The notes below the pieces were generated by a model, which made no database searches, had not been told where the DNA came from, and was given only the letters and a program-made list of their open reading frames with translations. A stretch of 64,000 bases of DNA from Raillietiella orientalis (Eukaryota). A program made the translations under genes and the position numbers. The stretch is taken from positions 248,001-312,000 of the forward strand of contig JAYWIR010000046.1 of assembly GCA_036172245.1 (NCBI GenBank). Reading direction: 5' to 3'. Positions 25,400 through 36,857 of this stretch are shown here, in pieces; the stretch's first letter is position 1, and each line of letters opens with the position of its first letter.

Positions 25400-26300
25400 T
25401 CCTGATCCCGATCCCTTTCATTAATAGTCCTCTCAGGATCTCTCATGCTGGTACTGTTCGCCCGGATGTGTGCATCTTTGCCTTTCTGATCATAATTGCT
25501 GTGATTAAGAGGGCAAGCGTGCATAGTATCATCGGGTAAAGGGGAACGATTCTGCTCCCTTGAAACAAGCTTGCCAGAATATCTATCTTCTTTCTTCACT
25601 GCAGGCTGGTCATCGGGTTTACCGCCTTCCAATCCGGTTGCAGCGTCGGGCAGGTGAACACGTGGAGCTGTTTTTCATCCGCTCCATACCCCTTGCAGAG
25701 TCCGTCCTGGATGTTTCCCGTCCAGTACCTCAATGAGGACCACTCAGAGTCCCTCCATTGTAGAGCAACAGGAAGTCGTCCTGAGTGTCCGAGGGAAGGT
25801 CACTCCTCAAGAGTGCAGCCCATATCAACTGCACATTTGCAAGTCCGTAGCAGCTCAAGGCTGCATCGAGGGCATCGTCATCTTGATGTTTCTTCAACGT
25901 TTCTCTCTCGATGTTGGCTTTGGTCATCAGCAGCCACGCCAGGCGTGGATGCTGTTTGCAAAGCTCCTGGGTTCTGTGGCTTAATCACCCTTTCATGTCC
26001 CTGGTGAAGCGATACAGTTGCGCATGGTGGCGATTTCCAATGATGGCGAACTGTTTGCAATCCTCCATCCTTAATCTTGGCCTTTGATGTATCTAGTTCA
26101 TAGTCTCTCTGGGAACGTGACGAAGTGAGGTAGCTCCAAAACCAGCTCTTCTTCCAATATTTCTTTGTCTCTAGGCTAGATCTTGAATTAGGGAAGCCCC
26201 ATCAGTACCTGTTTGCGTTTCCAAATGGGATCGATGCTCTCTTGGCGAGTGGCGCCATGAACACAGACATCAGGACTCCAGAGTTGTACTGACAGCACAA
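25400..26300 (-). mobile_element. Family-B ORF2 C-terminal relic
   Basis: RSDLPSDTQDDFLLLYNGGTLSG matches RSDLPPDSQDNLLMFYHGGILSG. Confidence 0.75.
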
Positions 26301-26685
26301 TTACAGTCACGTCTTATAAAGAAGCAAATGGCAATTTGCTAAGAAATAGCTGAAATACGGTCTGAATCCTTTTCTCATCCATACTTGCTACCTAGAAACG
26401 GTGATTCATTCTAGTCATTAATGATATAGTCAGCTTTTGGTTTATGATAATCGAGATGCACCTTCTCGACGTGCATCGAAAAAAGCTGAAAGTCGACTGA
26501 AGTCCTCGTACTTGCTCTCCAGAGTTTGCTTAGTTGTGGGAAACAAGATTTTCTATTGCTCTGTACTGATTCCTTTTCTTTCGTTGAAACGCAGAAAGAA
26601 GGAAACTCGCATATGTGGGGAGTTGAACGAATACTGCCTATGGACACAGACAGGGGCTTGGCGAAGGAGACTAGCACCGAGCTGT

Positions 26686-28627
26686 CTCCTTGCTTTTCAG
26701 CACCTACTTCGAGCTGGTGCTGAGGGCATACAGGGAGACTCTTGGTCGCCTGCCGCGCGTGTGCCCAGGTACACCAGCCGTGGCGTCTTATGCGGACGAT
26801 CTTTTGCTGCTGCTCCCCATGTCCACCCCGGCGTCGGCGGTCGAAAACTTTTTCGAGCTGCTGCGTCGCGGGACAGGGCTGGAGGTGAACAGAGCGAAGT
26901 CGTCCGTGGTTGCAGCTGGTTCATCGCAGGCAGGGCAGCCGGATTGGTCTAGCTTGGGGATCCCCACGGTACGGTACCTTAAGTACCTCGGTGTGCCCTT
27001 GGGGGACTACTCCCCAGCGGAACAATGGTCTTGCTGCCTCCAAAAGGCCGAGAGAGCGATCGGCCCGTTCCTGGATGGCAAGTTCTTCTTGCCGGAACGG
27101 GCCGTGGTGTGGAACACGTTTGTGGCCCCCCTTTTTCGCCCCTTGCTTTTTGTTTGCCCTCCACCCTGCGGTGTCAGAAAACGGACGAAGGACCTCCTCA
27201 GAATCGCCCTTTGGGGCAGAGGTAGGCCCCGAGTCCGTTTGAAGGACTTATGTGCCCCTGGTCGCGATGGAGGCCTCGGCCTCCTCACGCTGGAGCGGCT
27301 GGAACTGCAGCTGCAGTTCAGGACTCTAGCCCTAGTAGCGAAGCTATGGAGCACCAGCTGGTGCGAGCCTGCACGACGCCTGGTTCAGCGAGCTAGCGGC
27401 TGCGCGGGACTGTCTACTTCCTAGAGTACCGCAAACGCCGGTACCTGTTCCACTGCGGACTGGCACTTCGGCGAGTGGCGAAGCTGACCAGAACGAACAC
27501 CTGGATCTCCTGTCGGCACGCGAACGGTACTTCCTGGTTGCAGGAAAGCCTTCGCACGTAGGCCCAGATCGAGGAAGCGAGCCCGGAGTTGCGGCAGCGA
27601 ATGCTGCTCTCCTATCACAAGAGCCGCTCGCTGCAGGACATCATTGTGCAGCCCACCTCGAGCGCATGGGCTGAGAGGACCTCCCTTGTCGCGGCTCTGT
27701 CCCACCTCAGGGAGCACCTGGGCAGTAGCCATCCGGCGAAATGGGAAGTCCGGTGTAGTATCTCTGGAAGAGAGAGAGAGCAAGGTGGTTGGACCACGGG
27801 CCAGTTGACAGACGCTGCGACCCCAAGTGCCCCACCAAAGGGACTATTGCTCTGGGGCAAGCTGCTGAGCATCCTCATGGATGTACTCGAGTGGCCCCCG
27901 GTGCTGAAGACTACCCGGGCCCTCCCTCTGAAGTGGCAGGAGTCGGCGTTCCTGGTGTTGCACTGGGGACTCCCCAGCAACGCCCGCCGTTCGCACTGGA
28001 CGAGGGGGGCTGTGGACCCAAATTGTGTCAGGTGCGGGGAACGGGAAACCCTCCCGCACCTGCTTCTTGACTGTGTTGCCCTCCGGCCTCTGTGGTTGCG
28101 TTTCGCAACGGCCCTAGGAGCACCCACGATCAACCGTAGAGACGTTCTGACGCGCCTCTTTGTGCGTGACTCCCTTCGGCCTGCCGCAGCCCTTGCAGCC
28201 CTCTGTTGCCTACGAGGGATTGTGGCGGCCTGGAGCACCGCCACTGGTGGACTGAACGACAGGGACATCATCTGCTCCGCCCTGCGTTTCCTAAGGACGG
28301 CAGCCAGATGGTCCCATTTGGGGCATATGCGGACCGAACTTGCCGGCATCCTGGAAAGGATGTAGAGGACGACTCCAGCGGAATGTGATCCCTTCCCCAA
28401 CTCTCCCCTGCTTTTGTAAATAGCGTTTTCTTTTTGTTTTTATTTGTCCTTTTCCCCCCTGCTGCCAAGTCGAACTCGCCAGCCTGCGTGCTTGCTACTC
28501 GGCAATTTCAAACTCTTTACTAGAACTTTTTTTAGGACGCTGCAGGGGCAATAGCCCTACACTTGCTTGTTTGCTTTTACAAAAAAATAAACGCCCCGGC
28601 GCACCCGGGTGTAAAAAAAAAAAAAAA
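26686..28627 (+). mobile_element. 5'-truncated family-A LINE (RT core to 3' end)
   Basis: 11-bp TSD CACCGAGCTGT at 26675-26685 and 28628-28638; SYADDLL, KYLGV and CVRCGERETLPHLLLDC motifs; poly(A) tail; frameshift near 27420. Confidence 0.92.
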
Positions 28628-28789
28628 CACCGAGCTGTAGTTGCGTTTGCACCAGGTCCCACTGGAGGTGTGTCGCTGTGTATATCGCGAACGTTCCGCA
28701 GTTCCTGCTTCCATAATCTTCTCAGGCCAACCTAGCGGCAAGGAAGTTGGTGCTTGTTTTTAGTAGCGTCAATGCGATTAGGAGTGGTC

Positions 28790-29820
28790 TGTCCTGATGG
28801 TGGAAAACTGAACTCCACGAAGTCCCATGTGTCCGTTGTTGAAATCCAGGACGCCAATATTCTGCACTCTTACAAGTTCAGACTAGTTGATGGAACCAAG
28901 TACCTCAGCGTACACGTTGGAGGTACCTTACTTCAATGGAAGGGCGTACTAGATCGAATTCGAAAAGAAGCCAACGACTATCAAGGGACCAACTCCTCCC
29001 CGAAAAGAAAGTCCAACTTTAAAACTTGCGAGGACATCTTTTCAACCAAGTTCCTGTTCTCTGCGGCCTTCTTCACATACCGAAGGAGGTGGTGAAACAC
29101 CTTCACATCAACGCCAGGAGAAGTCTCGTGTGGAATGTCATTGAACTGAAAGTAAAAATGAAGTACATGCGTTGTCCAAGATCGGAAGCATGCGAGACAG
29201 CATGTTTATTGGCAAACTGCAAATAACTCACCTAAGTGATCTGAACAGGCGAGCGCTTGGTTGATGATTGCCGTACGTGTTTCACCGAAGCGAGGGGGCT
29301 CAACGGAATTCGCGGTTGGATGTTCGCTTTTTGCCCCATGTTTTTTTTGGTGTCCGGACACCAAGGCAGCGAGAGAGGATCGATCCTACAGAACCAAGGC
29401 AACAGCAGCTGAGCCAGAACATCCTACTGTGGATCGTCCCGAAGAGCAGGGAACTCTGCAGCTAGACTGGCCAGGGTGCTGGATACCCTCAAATTGCTCA
29501 AATCTTCCGTTGGCTCGGCTAACGCCTGACCTCCTCCTGACGCTCATCTCACCCCGGAAAAGGGAGGAAGTGAGAGCCGGGCGCGTCTCAGTTACGAGAA
29601 TGCTGAGGCCGGCTTCGTAGCGAAGACTCCCTACGGAGAAGATGCCGTGGGTGGTGGAGTTGGTGGGAAGAGGCCGACGGCTGATGAGGGTGTACCTTCC
29701 CTCCTCATCTCCGTCGGTATCGATCCTGACCTGGAAGCTGGAAAGGCCGAACGGATTTCAATACGGAACAGGAAATGTACTTATAATTCACCCATCGTAT
29801 TGTTACCTAAAACAAGGGAA
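28790..29820 (+). mobile_element. Decayed family-B ORF2 relic (RT thumb to C-terminus)
   Basis: KLNSTKS...VDGTKYLSVHVG...KFLFSAAF and IVPKSREL match family B. Confidence 0.7.
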
Positions 29821-29822
29821 TC

Positions 29823-31415
29823 GGGAATTGACAATTAAACACCAAAGTGGTGAAAATTACTTTACGTAGAGTTGTGCAACTTTCTCCTTGCTGCAGCACG
29901 CTTGCAATATTGGAATGCACTGCTGCTCGTTAGTGCAGTAGCATTGGATATTGTCTCACTGATTTGAAAGTCATGACCTTTACCTAATTTGGCATCAGAG
30001 AAAAGGCAGAGTGTGTGTACTCTGCTGCCTTCTTATCTCTGCTATGTGCGTGGATACTTTTTTGTCAAATAAAAGTACCGGCATGGCTTCATTTTCAAGC
30101 TTCCGAAAGCCCAAAATGAATGCAGCGATAGTGTGAATTTGTCAAGTTTGGTCTTCTAAATTCGAAGGGAGCATTCCAGCAAAAGAAAACCTTAGTTGAG
30201 AAAACACCATAAGAGTTTGCAAAGAAACAGCAAATCTATTCGTCGTGTTGCAACAACACTGCTCTTCTTGTGAAACTGGCATGAAATGTTCCTTGTAGAG
30301 GTTGCGCAGTTTCCTTGAGATGAATGAAAGTGCATTGGTTTGAATTCGCAGGAACCTCAAAGTGGTCTTCACGTGTTCGATCTCCTCCTTGATGACTGTT
30401 TGCTGACCTTTTATTTCTTATTGAATATCAATCTAAGCTACATCCATTGGATGTTTGGTTGCTGGAGTCACCGGACCTTCAAATCCTTTCACCTCGGATA
30501 ACGAAATAGGAACTCCTGGTTATCCACAAACCAAGTCTGGATTCTGAATTGTGAATAAAAAATCTCTTGCGTTGGTTGGTTGTGCATTTCTATGAATTTT
30601 CTATTTCCTAGCATTGAGGGTCCTGGGTGCTACTGAGAATTTCCTTGCATTGAACACTCTGGACTGCTGAATGAAGATAAATAATAAAATCCTCTTTGTA
30701 TCAGGAAATCCCTGCCTTATTTTATGAAGAAACTTATCAAGGGAAGCAAAAAAGAAACTTCGGAGTCATTTTGTTACGATCTGGTTCATTCTTTTGCCAT
30801 GCAGAGGAGTACTACCAGTGTGCAACATTGAAGATGTACACGTGGATACGAGCTTACAAAGCTATAGTGACCTTAAAAATTTCTACTCAACGAACCGTTT
30901 TCTGATGTTTCTGGAGGCGATCTTGGAAAATTGTGCGTATCTTGAGAACTTCATGAAATCGAATCAATTCCCTACGTTTCGGGAAGCTTCCCATTCGTTA
31001 CATTTCTCTGAACTGTCTTCTCCGATTCTGGAAAACGAGAGAAGTCATTCGAGAAAGACAACCCCTTCTCGATGAGTCTTCTGATGCTGGAAAGAAATGC
31101 GCTTGGGAATGTTTTGAAACAAGTGAGCACAACTGTTTACACCTTACTATGCGAAAAACAAAATGAGGGCCGTTTTCTTATTGGTGTGTCGAGGAGATCG
31201 TCTGCAGAACTTGACACATGTATATGCAGATTGCTTTCATCTCCACGATGCCTGTTGCCGCAAATTGCTGTTCGAAGCGAAGAGGTTACTGTCGATACAT
31301 ATTAACTCATACTTACCTGGCCGTGAGCTTAATTGTGCTCAAGACAAGCGATGTTGACCACGATACCAGACGAGTAGTTTGAGGGAGCGTCGTGTTGGCC
31401 TGCAACTACCATCAC
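29823..31415. repeat. Near-identical inverted copy of 1538-3130
   Basis: Reverse-complement match with only isolated differences. Confidence 0.95.
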
Positions 31416-31459
31416 TAAACACTCTGGACTGCTAAATGAAGATAAATAACAAAAACCTT

Positions 31460-32800
31460 TGGAAGAGTATCTTTGGAAGTAGACGCCATTCCAAAGGTTC
31501 GCCCTCTACTTCATATTGAAGTCCACCGAGTGTACTCTGCTGATTCCCCTCTGGTCTTCCCAGGATTTCCGTCCACAACGGCTGTGACGCCGACGCTTCG
31601 GAGATGTGGACTCTCAGGTACTTAACCGTGTCCATCGTTCGAAATACCTTCTCCGTGAATGCGAAGAGGTCCTGATTCCGATGGGCAAACGTTGGCTTTT
31701 TTAAGAGTTGCTTTTCTAGCCCAGACCGTGTTCCATGAACTGCATCTCATCCAGGAATGCTTGTTCATATTCTTTCCATTCAGGAAGAGAATATCGTCCG
31801 CATATGCCAGATGGGTGAGTCTCTGGCCATCGATGTCGACTCCTTGGAGATGACCGCTTCTCTCGATGGAAGATGAGAGCCATGTATATCACAAACAATA
31901 TCGGGATGAGAGCGTCACCCTGTCTGCCTCATCGTCCCATCCGCATGGTTTCTGTCTCGCTGTTAATCTTGATCTTAAAGTGCTGCTGCCATAGTAGTAT
32001 TCTTACGAAGTTGCTGAAGGGTCCCGGGAATCCCAGTTTTCTTAATATCTTCAGTGGCCTCTGATGACCGACGGTATCAAATGCCTCCTCCATTTTGGTG
32101 AAGCCCAGCACCAGGTTCTCACCGTGGAACGGCCGTACCCGATGATGGGCACACTTGACATTGTAGGAAATTGGCGTCCAGGTACCGCGCAAGTCTGGAC
32201 CGGATAAATGAGCGCTGGCATCGTTGCACTCAGACTCATGCCAATTGGCCTGCCCGAATCTGGAACAGCCAATTGCTATCTAAGTTGAGGATGCAGATTG
32301 CCCTCCATTGGGCAACTTTATTCACGTCAGCTCCTTTTGGCAACAAGCTCATCCTGCTCCCGTAGAAGGATTGGGGTAGGCGCTCCATGTAATGCCTTTA
32401 GAGGACCTCCACGATGCCCTCCGACGAGTGCGGCTTTGGCCGTCGTACTAAATTCAGATGTCCGTCTTCAGATTCTTCTTTTCCAGCACATCTTTTACAT
32501 CCGTGGAGAAGTACCGACTCTCATACTGTTCCCAGTATGTTGAGAGGGAGCGGTCTTCGATGTTCTGCTCCCTGTACGCTTCCTGCCTCATTCTCTTGAC
32601 TCCGTACTGCATGTTGCAGAATAGATGGACTGGATGCTTTAGACTGCCCCAGCCGGCGACGCTTCAAATGATGTTGGATTACAGAGTCGCCTTTATGACT
32701 TCCTGATGACAGGAGAGAGTCTCAAACCAGGGGGGCATACAGACGAGCGCCGCCCGAGTGCCTTTCTTCCGTTGAGAATTTTCTACGCTTCTGGAGCTCA
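31460..32800 (-). mobile_element. Family-B RT relic
   Basis: AALVCMPPWFETLSCHQEVI, MEEAFDTV, MFVIYMAL and MDTVKYL match ORF2 at 37553; multiple frameshifts. Confidence 0.85.
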
Positions 32801-33815
32801 AAAGTCGCTCAGCAGCACGCCAATGTAGTTGAAGTACCTGTCCGTGGGGATACGCAGGCGGATCCAGTTGGACTGCCCCTCCCAAGTAGAGCCAACCATG
32901 ACCTGAAGTGGCCCCCAGATTTTATTGGATCGAGGATCCTCCCCCTGAAGTGGCAGGAGTCGGCGCTTCTGCTGTTGCATTGGGGTCTACCCTGCAACGC
33001 ACGCCGCTACCACTGGACTAGGGGTCGAGTGAATCCCTCCTGCATCAGGTGTGGGGAGCGGGAATCGCTCCCCCACCTCCTTGTTGATTGTGCTGCCCTC
33101 CGACCCCTGTGGGAACGTCTTGGTACCTCCCTACGGCTGCAGGAGGGCAGTCAGCCCAGAGACGTATTTCGGCTTCTTTTCGTGCGGGATGCCCTGCGAC
33201 CAGCCGCAGCCCTGGCGGCACTCTGCTGCATCCGAGGGATCGTGACGAGCTGGAGCGATTTCAGAAGACCGAGCCACGAGAGGGGTGCCGTCGAACTCGC
33301 AGTCCGCTACCTGCGGCTTGCAACCAGATGGCCCCCCCTGGGAATCATTCGGACGGACCTCGAGGGCATCCTGGAAAGGATGGACCCTCCTCCCAGTGGA
33401 CCGTGATCCCTTTCCCGCCCTCCAACTTCTTTTTGTTTTTCTGTTCTTATTTTTTTTTTTTTTTTTTTCCCCCACCCCCTTCCGCTGCCTAGGAGAGTCG
33501 CGCCGGTCTGCGTACCGGCGACCCGGCAGGTCCTGTTGTGTTGGCCGCAGTGGGGCCTAGTACCACGAACTGTAAAGAGAGTTTACAATAAACGCCCTGG
33601 CGTGACCGGGTGGCAACGTAGAGCCAACCGGTACAACGGTGGATTTCGCCCTGTTGACGCTCACACCTACTCCCTGACGAATGAGCTCGAAGAAATCATC
33701 GAGACTGGACGCCGGAGTGGACATGGGCAACAGGAGAAGTAGGTCGTCAGCATAGGCGGACATGGCCGGCGTTCCCGGGCAGGAGCTCGGCAGGTTGGCC
33801 AGCGTCAGCCTGTCG
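32800..33815 (-). mobile_element. Family-A RT fragment, split by a younger family-A insertion
   Basis: AYADDLLLLLPMSTPA...NRAKSTVVPVGST continues across the insertion as WEGQSNWIRLRIPTDRYFNYIGV. Confidence 0.85.
32898..33617 (+). mobile_element. 5'-truncated family-A LINE
   Basis: 12-bp TSD GTAGAGCCAACC at 32886-32897 and 33618-33629; HWGLPCNARR...CIRCGERESLPHLLVDC; family-A 3' UTR. Confidence 0.9.
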
Positions 33816-34871
33816 GCCAGACGTGTTTGATCGTAGCTCCAGCGTGTAGAAGTTCAAGTAGTGTTGGAAAATTTTCTTGCAACGACTTGTGATAATTTAC
33901 CGTTTTCTAATACCTATACACGTACTCTAGCTGTGTGCGGAAAATTAGTGTGGTAAGTTAGTTGGTGTTGCCCATATACGGATTATCCTCTGTCTCCCGC
34001 AGCTGCTATAGTTTAACTAGAGAGCTGTTGGTTGGCCAAAGTAAGAGTTTTTGCCCTGTCCCCATCAAGACATTGCCTAGGTTCAATTAACTTCAGTTTT
34101 TCACACATTTTTATAACAGTTGATGGTTTAAAAAAAATAAAATACAATTGTGAGTGATACGTGGGATTTCCTTTCACAATAGTTGCCATGGCATTGCAAT
34201 TGTTGATATTTTCTAAGATGATGGCGCGTCCACGTGGCATGCTTGTACCAGACCGATACCGCGCGCTAGGCACGTGATACCGTGCACGTATTCCGCTTAT
34301 ACACTGCTACTGTATACAAGAGTATTCACGCCCTGTGTCGCGTATTCGGAAAACTTTTTTTTTACCATGTCAATGGTGCACGCGATCTTATCTGTACTTC
34401 TAGAGGTTTCGCAGTAATTATTAACGATGTCCACTGACTTTTTATCCGATATACGTTTGTTTGCTTCATGACAGGTTCAGATATAGAAAATTTAAAACCG
34501 TCTCCCAAGCTCACTTTCTTAGACTCCGACAGATGTGTTTCCCTCCCACGGCCATGCCCATGTCCAGTTGAGGGATGCAAGCTTGATTCCTCAGCTGAAG
34601 AAATGTATAATCGCTCCAGAGCACCATATCTCACGCATCCATGGTGTAACACCCCAAATTACTTTATACTTTTGTAACGAATGCAACTTTACTGCCGACC
34701 TTCTGAAATATTCTCCTGCCTCTCAGAAGTGCACTCAATCCACTCGAACACTGACACGTCCGCTTCGCTTGAAAAAGTTTCCCTGTGCGTTCTATCCCTC
34801 TAGCTTCGACCACAAGGGTTTCCGCGTACAATCACATGCGATGCATATACGCCTGAAAAATCAAAGCAACA

Positions 34872-35011
34872 AACCTTGCTCACGGGCAGTATCATAGGCG
34901 AGGAAGGCGACTGAGCCGTGATTATTGCTAATTGAAAACTTTACCCAATACCCCGCCAAGGCAGTGAGTAACATCACTGCCGCGGCAATTTTTGCGTGCC
35001 CCGAGAGGGCA
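34872..35011 (+). ncRNA. U4: Full-length U4 snRNA sequence (retroposed, fused to LINE)
   Basis: GATTATTGCTAATTGAAAACTTTACCCAATACCCCGCC is nearly identical to the metazoan U4 central region as I recall it; 5' stem-loop with k-turn (GGC-GAG-GA-AG-GCGA-CT-GA-GCC); 3' stem GGCAGTGA/TCACTGCC; Sm site AATTTTTG 34987-34994; terminal hairpin TGCCC-CGAGA-GGGCA. Confidence 0.92.
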
Positions 35012-35137
35012 AGTGTTGTGAAAAGAACAGTGAGTGCGCAACCGAGGACTTTCCCCAGCAGCAGCAGCGGCCAGAGGGAGTCCACGGTGGAGGAGTCGCG
35101 ACCCTCCCCGGCGGCGGTGCAGCAGCACCCCGCCAAA

Positions 35138-36842
35138 ATGCAGGAGATGCGGTGGATGACCAGCACGGAGCCCATGGAGGTAGGGCAATCCTGTGTTTCT
35201 GGCGCCACATCGGCGGACGTAAAGAAGGCCACAGTGGTGGCAGCGAAGGCGGCGGCGGCGGCAGCGTCCCCGGCGACGGCGATCGCCGGAGCAACGACAG
35301 GGCCCGTAGGTCCTACCGTTGCTAGTGACACGACGCCATCTTGCGCGGCAGCTGCGACCGTGGGGCGGCCGCCGGCGGCGACTTTCTCTTATGCGGCGGT
35401 GGCGGCTGGGACGGCAACAACCCAGCCGCAGAGAAAATTTGGGAAGCCCGAGTCCGGGCCGATTAGGGACGTTGACGAGCCCATCGTCAAGTTGGGCCCA
35501 AACGTAAAGACGGTCACGTTCAGGACTGGCTTAATAAGGATGCACAACATCAGGGAAGTCTACCTGGCGCTTTACAAGCAACAGGTGGACTTCGACAGAT
35601 TGCAAGCGATTGTGCCTGGTCCATCAGGCTTCACAGTCTATACAGATTGTGAAGAAATCCGACAATCGTTGATTGAAACTGAGATCGACATCCAAGGAAA
35701 AATGGTGTGTGGAGTCGGCGAAATGCCGTACACCACTCTATTTCTAAGCGGGCTCGGGCCGTTTATTACACAGAAGGCGGTGTAGAAACGCCTGTCGCAG
35801 TACGGCGAGGTACTGGACAGCAACTTCCATAACATCTCGGGGAAGATCTTTTCAAGGGGAAGCGACGGTGAAAATAAAGCTGCTGGAGGATGCCCAGATT
35901 CCTGGGACCATCCACTTCGAAAGTGTCGATCAGGGAGTCTCCGTCCGGTATAGGGCGCAGCCCGTTTTCTGCAACGGCTGCAAATCCTTCGGACACAGGC
36001 AGCGAGTCTGTCCGAAGTCGATGTGCTTCCGCTGTGGGAAGCAAGGCCACCAAGTGCGGGATTGCAGCATGCCGGAGGTATGCTCATTTTGCAAGGCCCC
36101 AGGGCACGCAAAATGGTGCTGCCCCGAGTTTGCCAATTACCGGACGATGAGGGGCCAGTCACCAGTTAGGGCGCGAGTGCTCGACGAGGTAATCAAGCCT
36201 CAAAGAGCACTGAAGCAGAGGAAGGCTAAGGAGGCCGCTCCGGTTTCCGAGGACGGCTTTACAACGGTGGGGAAGGGCGGCAAGAGGAGAATGCTCGTAA
36301 GGGAGCAAGAATCCTCCTCCTCTGCACAGCCCGAGCAGCAGGTTGGCGAACAGGCGGTGGTTGAGAAGCAGGTTGGCGAAGCGGAAGAAGAGCAGGTTGG
36401 CGTGAAGAAGGGTGTGCCGGAAGCTGAGGTGATGGAAATCGCCGAAGCCCTTCCGGCATCGCAGGAGGCGGTGCAGCTCACCGAGGAGGTGGTGAAGCTA
36501 GCAGAAGTTGTCCAGGGGGAAAAAATCGAGATGCAGCAGGAGCAACTCCTGACTCGCATCAACGACACCCAACAGGGGATTAACACCTTTGTAATTCCCG
36601 AAGAGCGCGAAAAGATCGAGAACCAGCTTTTCGAAGTGAAGGCGGCATACTGCGCGAAGGTCTCACTTGAAACACTTCCTCGCAAGGCGATCGCCAGGGC
36701 CGAAAGAGCAATAGAGGCGGATCCAGAGTCCACGGACCACACCGGCACGGAGAGCGATGCCGGGAGTGAGAAGCCAGCTTCCTCAACGGTGAGACGCGAA
36801 AGGTCTCCCCGCCAGAAGAAGCTGAGGAAAGGGAAGCATTAG
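35138..36842 (+). pseudogene. LINE ORF1 (gag-like, three CCHC zinc knuckles), disrupted
   Basis: CNGCKSFGHRQRVC, CFRCGKQGHQVRDC and CSFCKAPGHAKWCC; premature TAG 35783-35785 and a frameshift near 35850; start codon uncertain. Confidence 0.85.
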
Positions 36843-36857
36843 ACTTCGAACCCTTTC

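Noticed and set aside
478..33629. Sequence-specific target site for family A
   Set aside because: The TSDs at 478, 10336, 24473, 26675 and 32886 share no evident consensus.
34925..35137. N-terminal extension of ORF1 starting inside U4 (ORF track 34925..35785)
   Set aside because: It begins at a non-ATG codon within the snRNA sequence; the U4 part is better explained as RNA structure than as coding.
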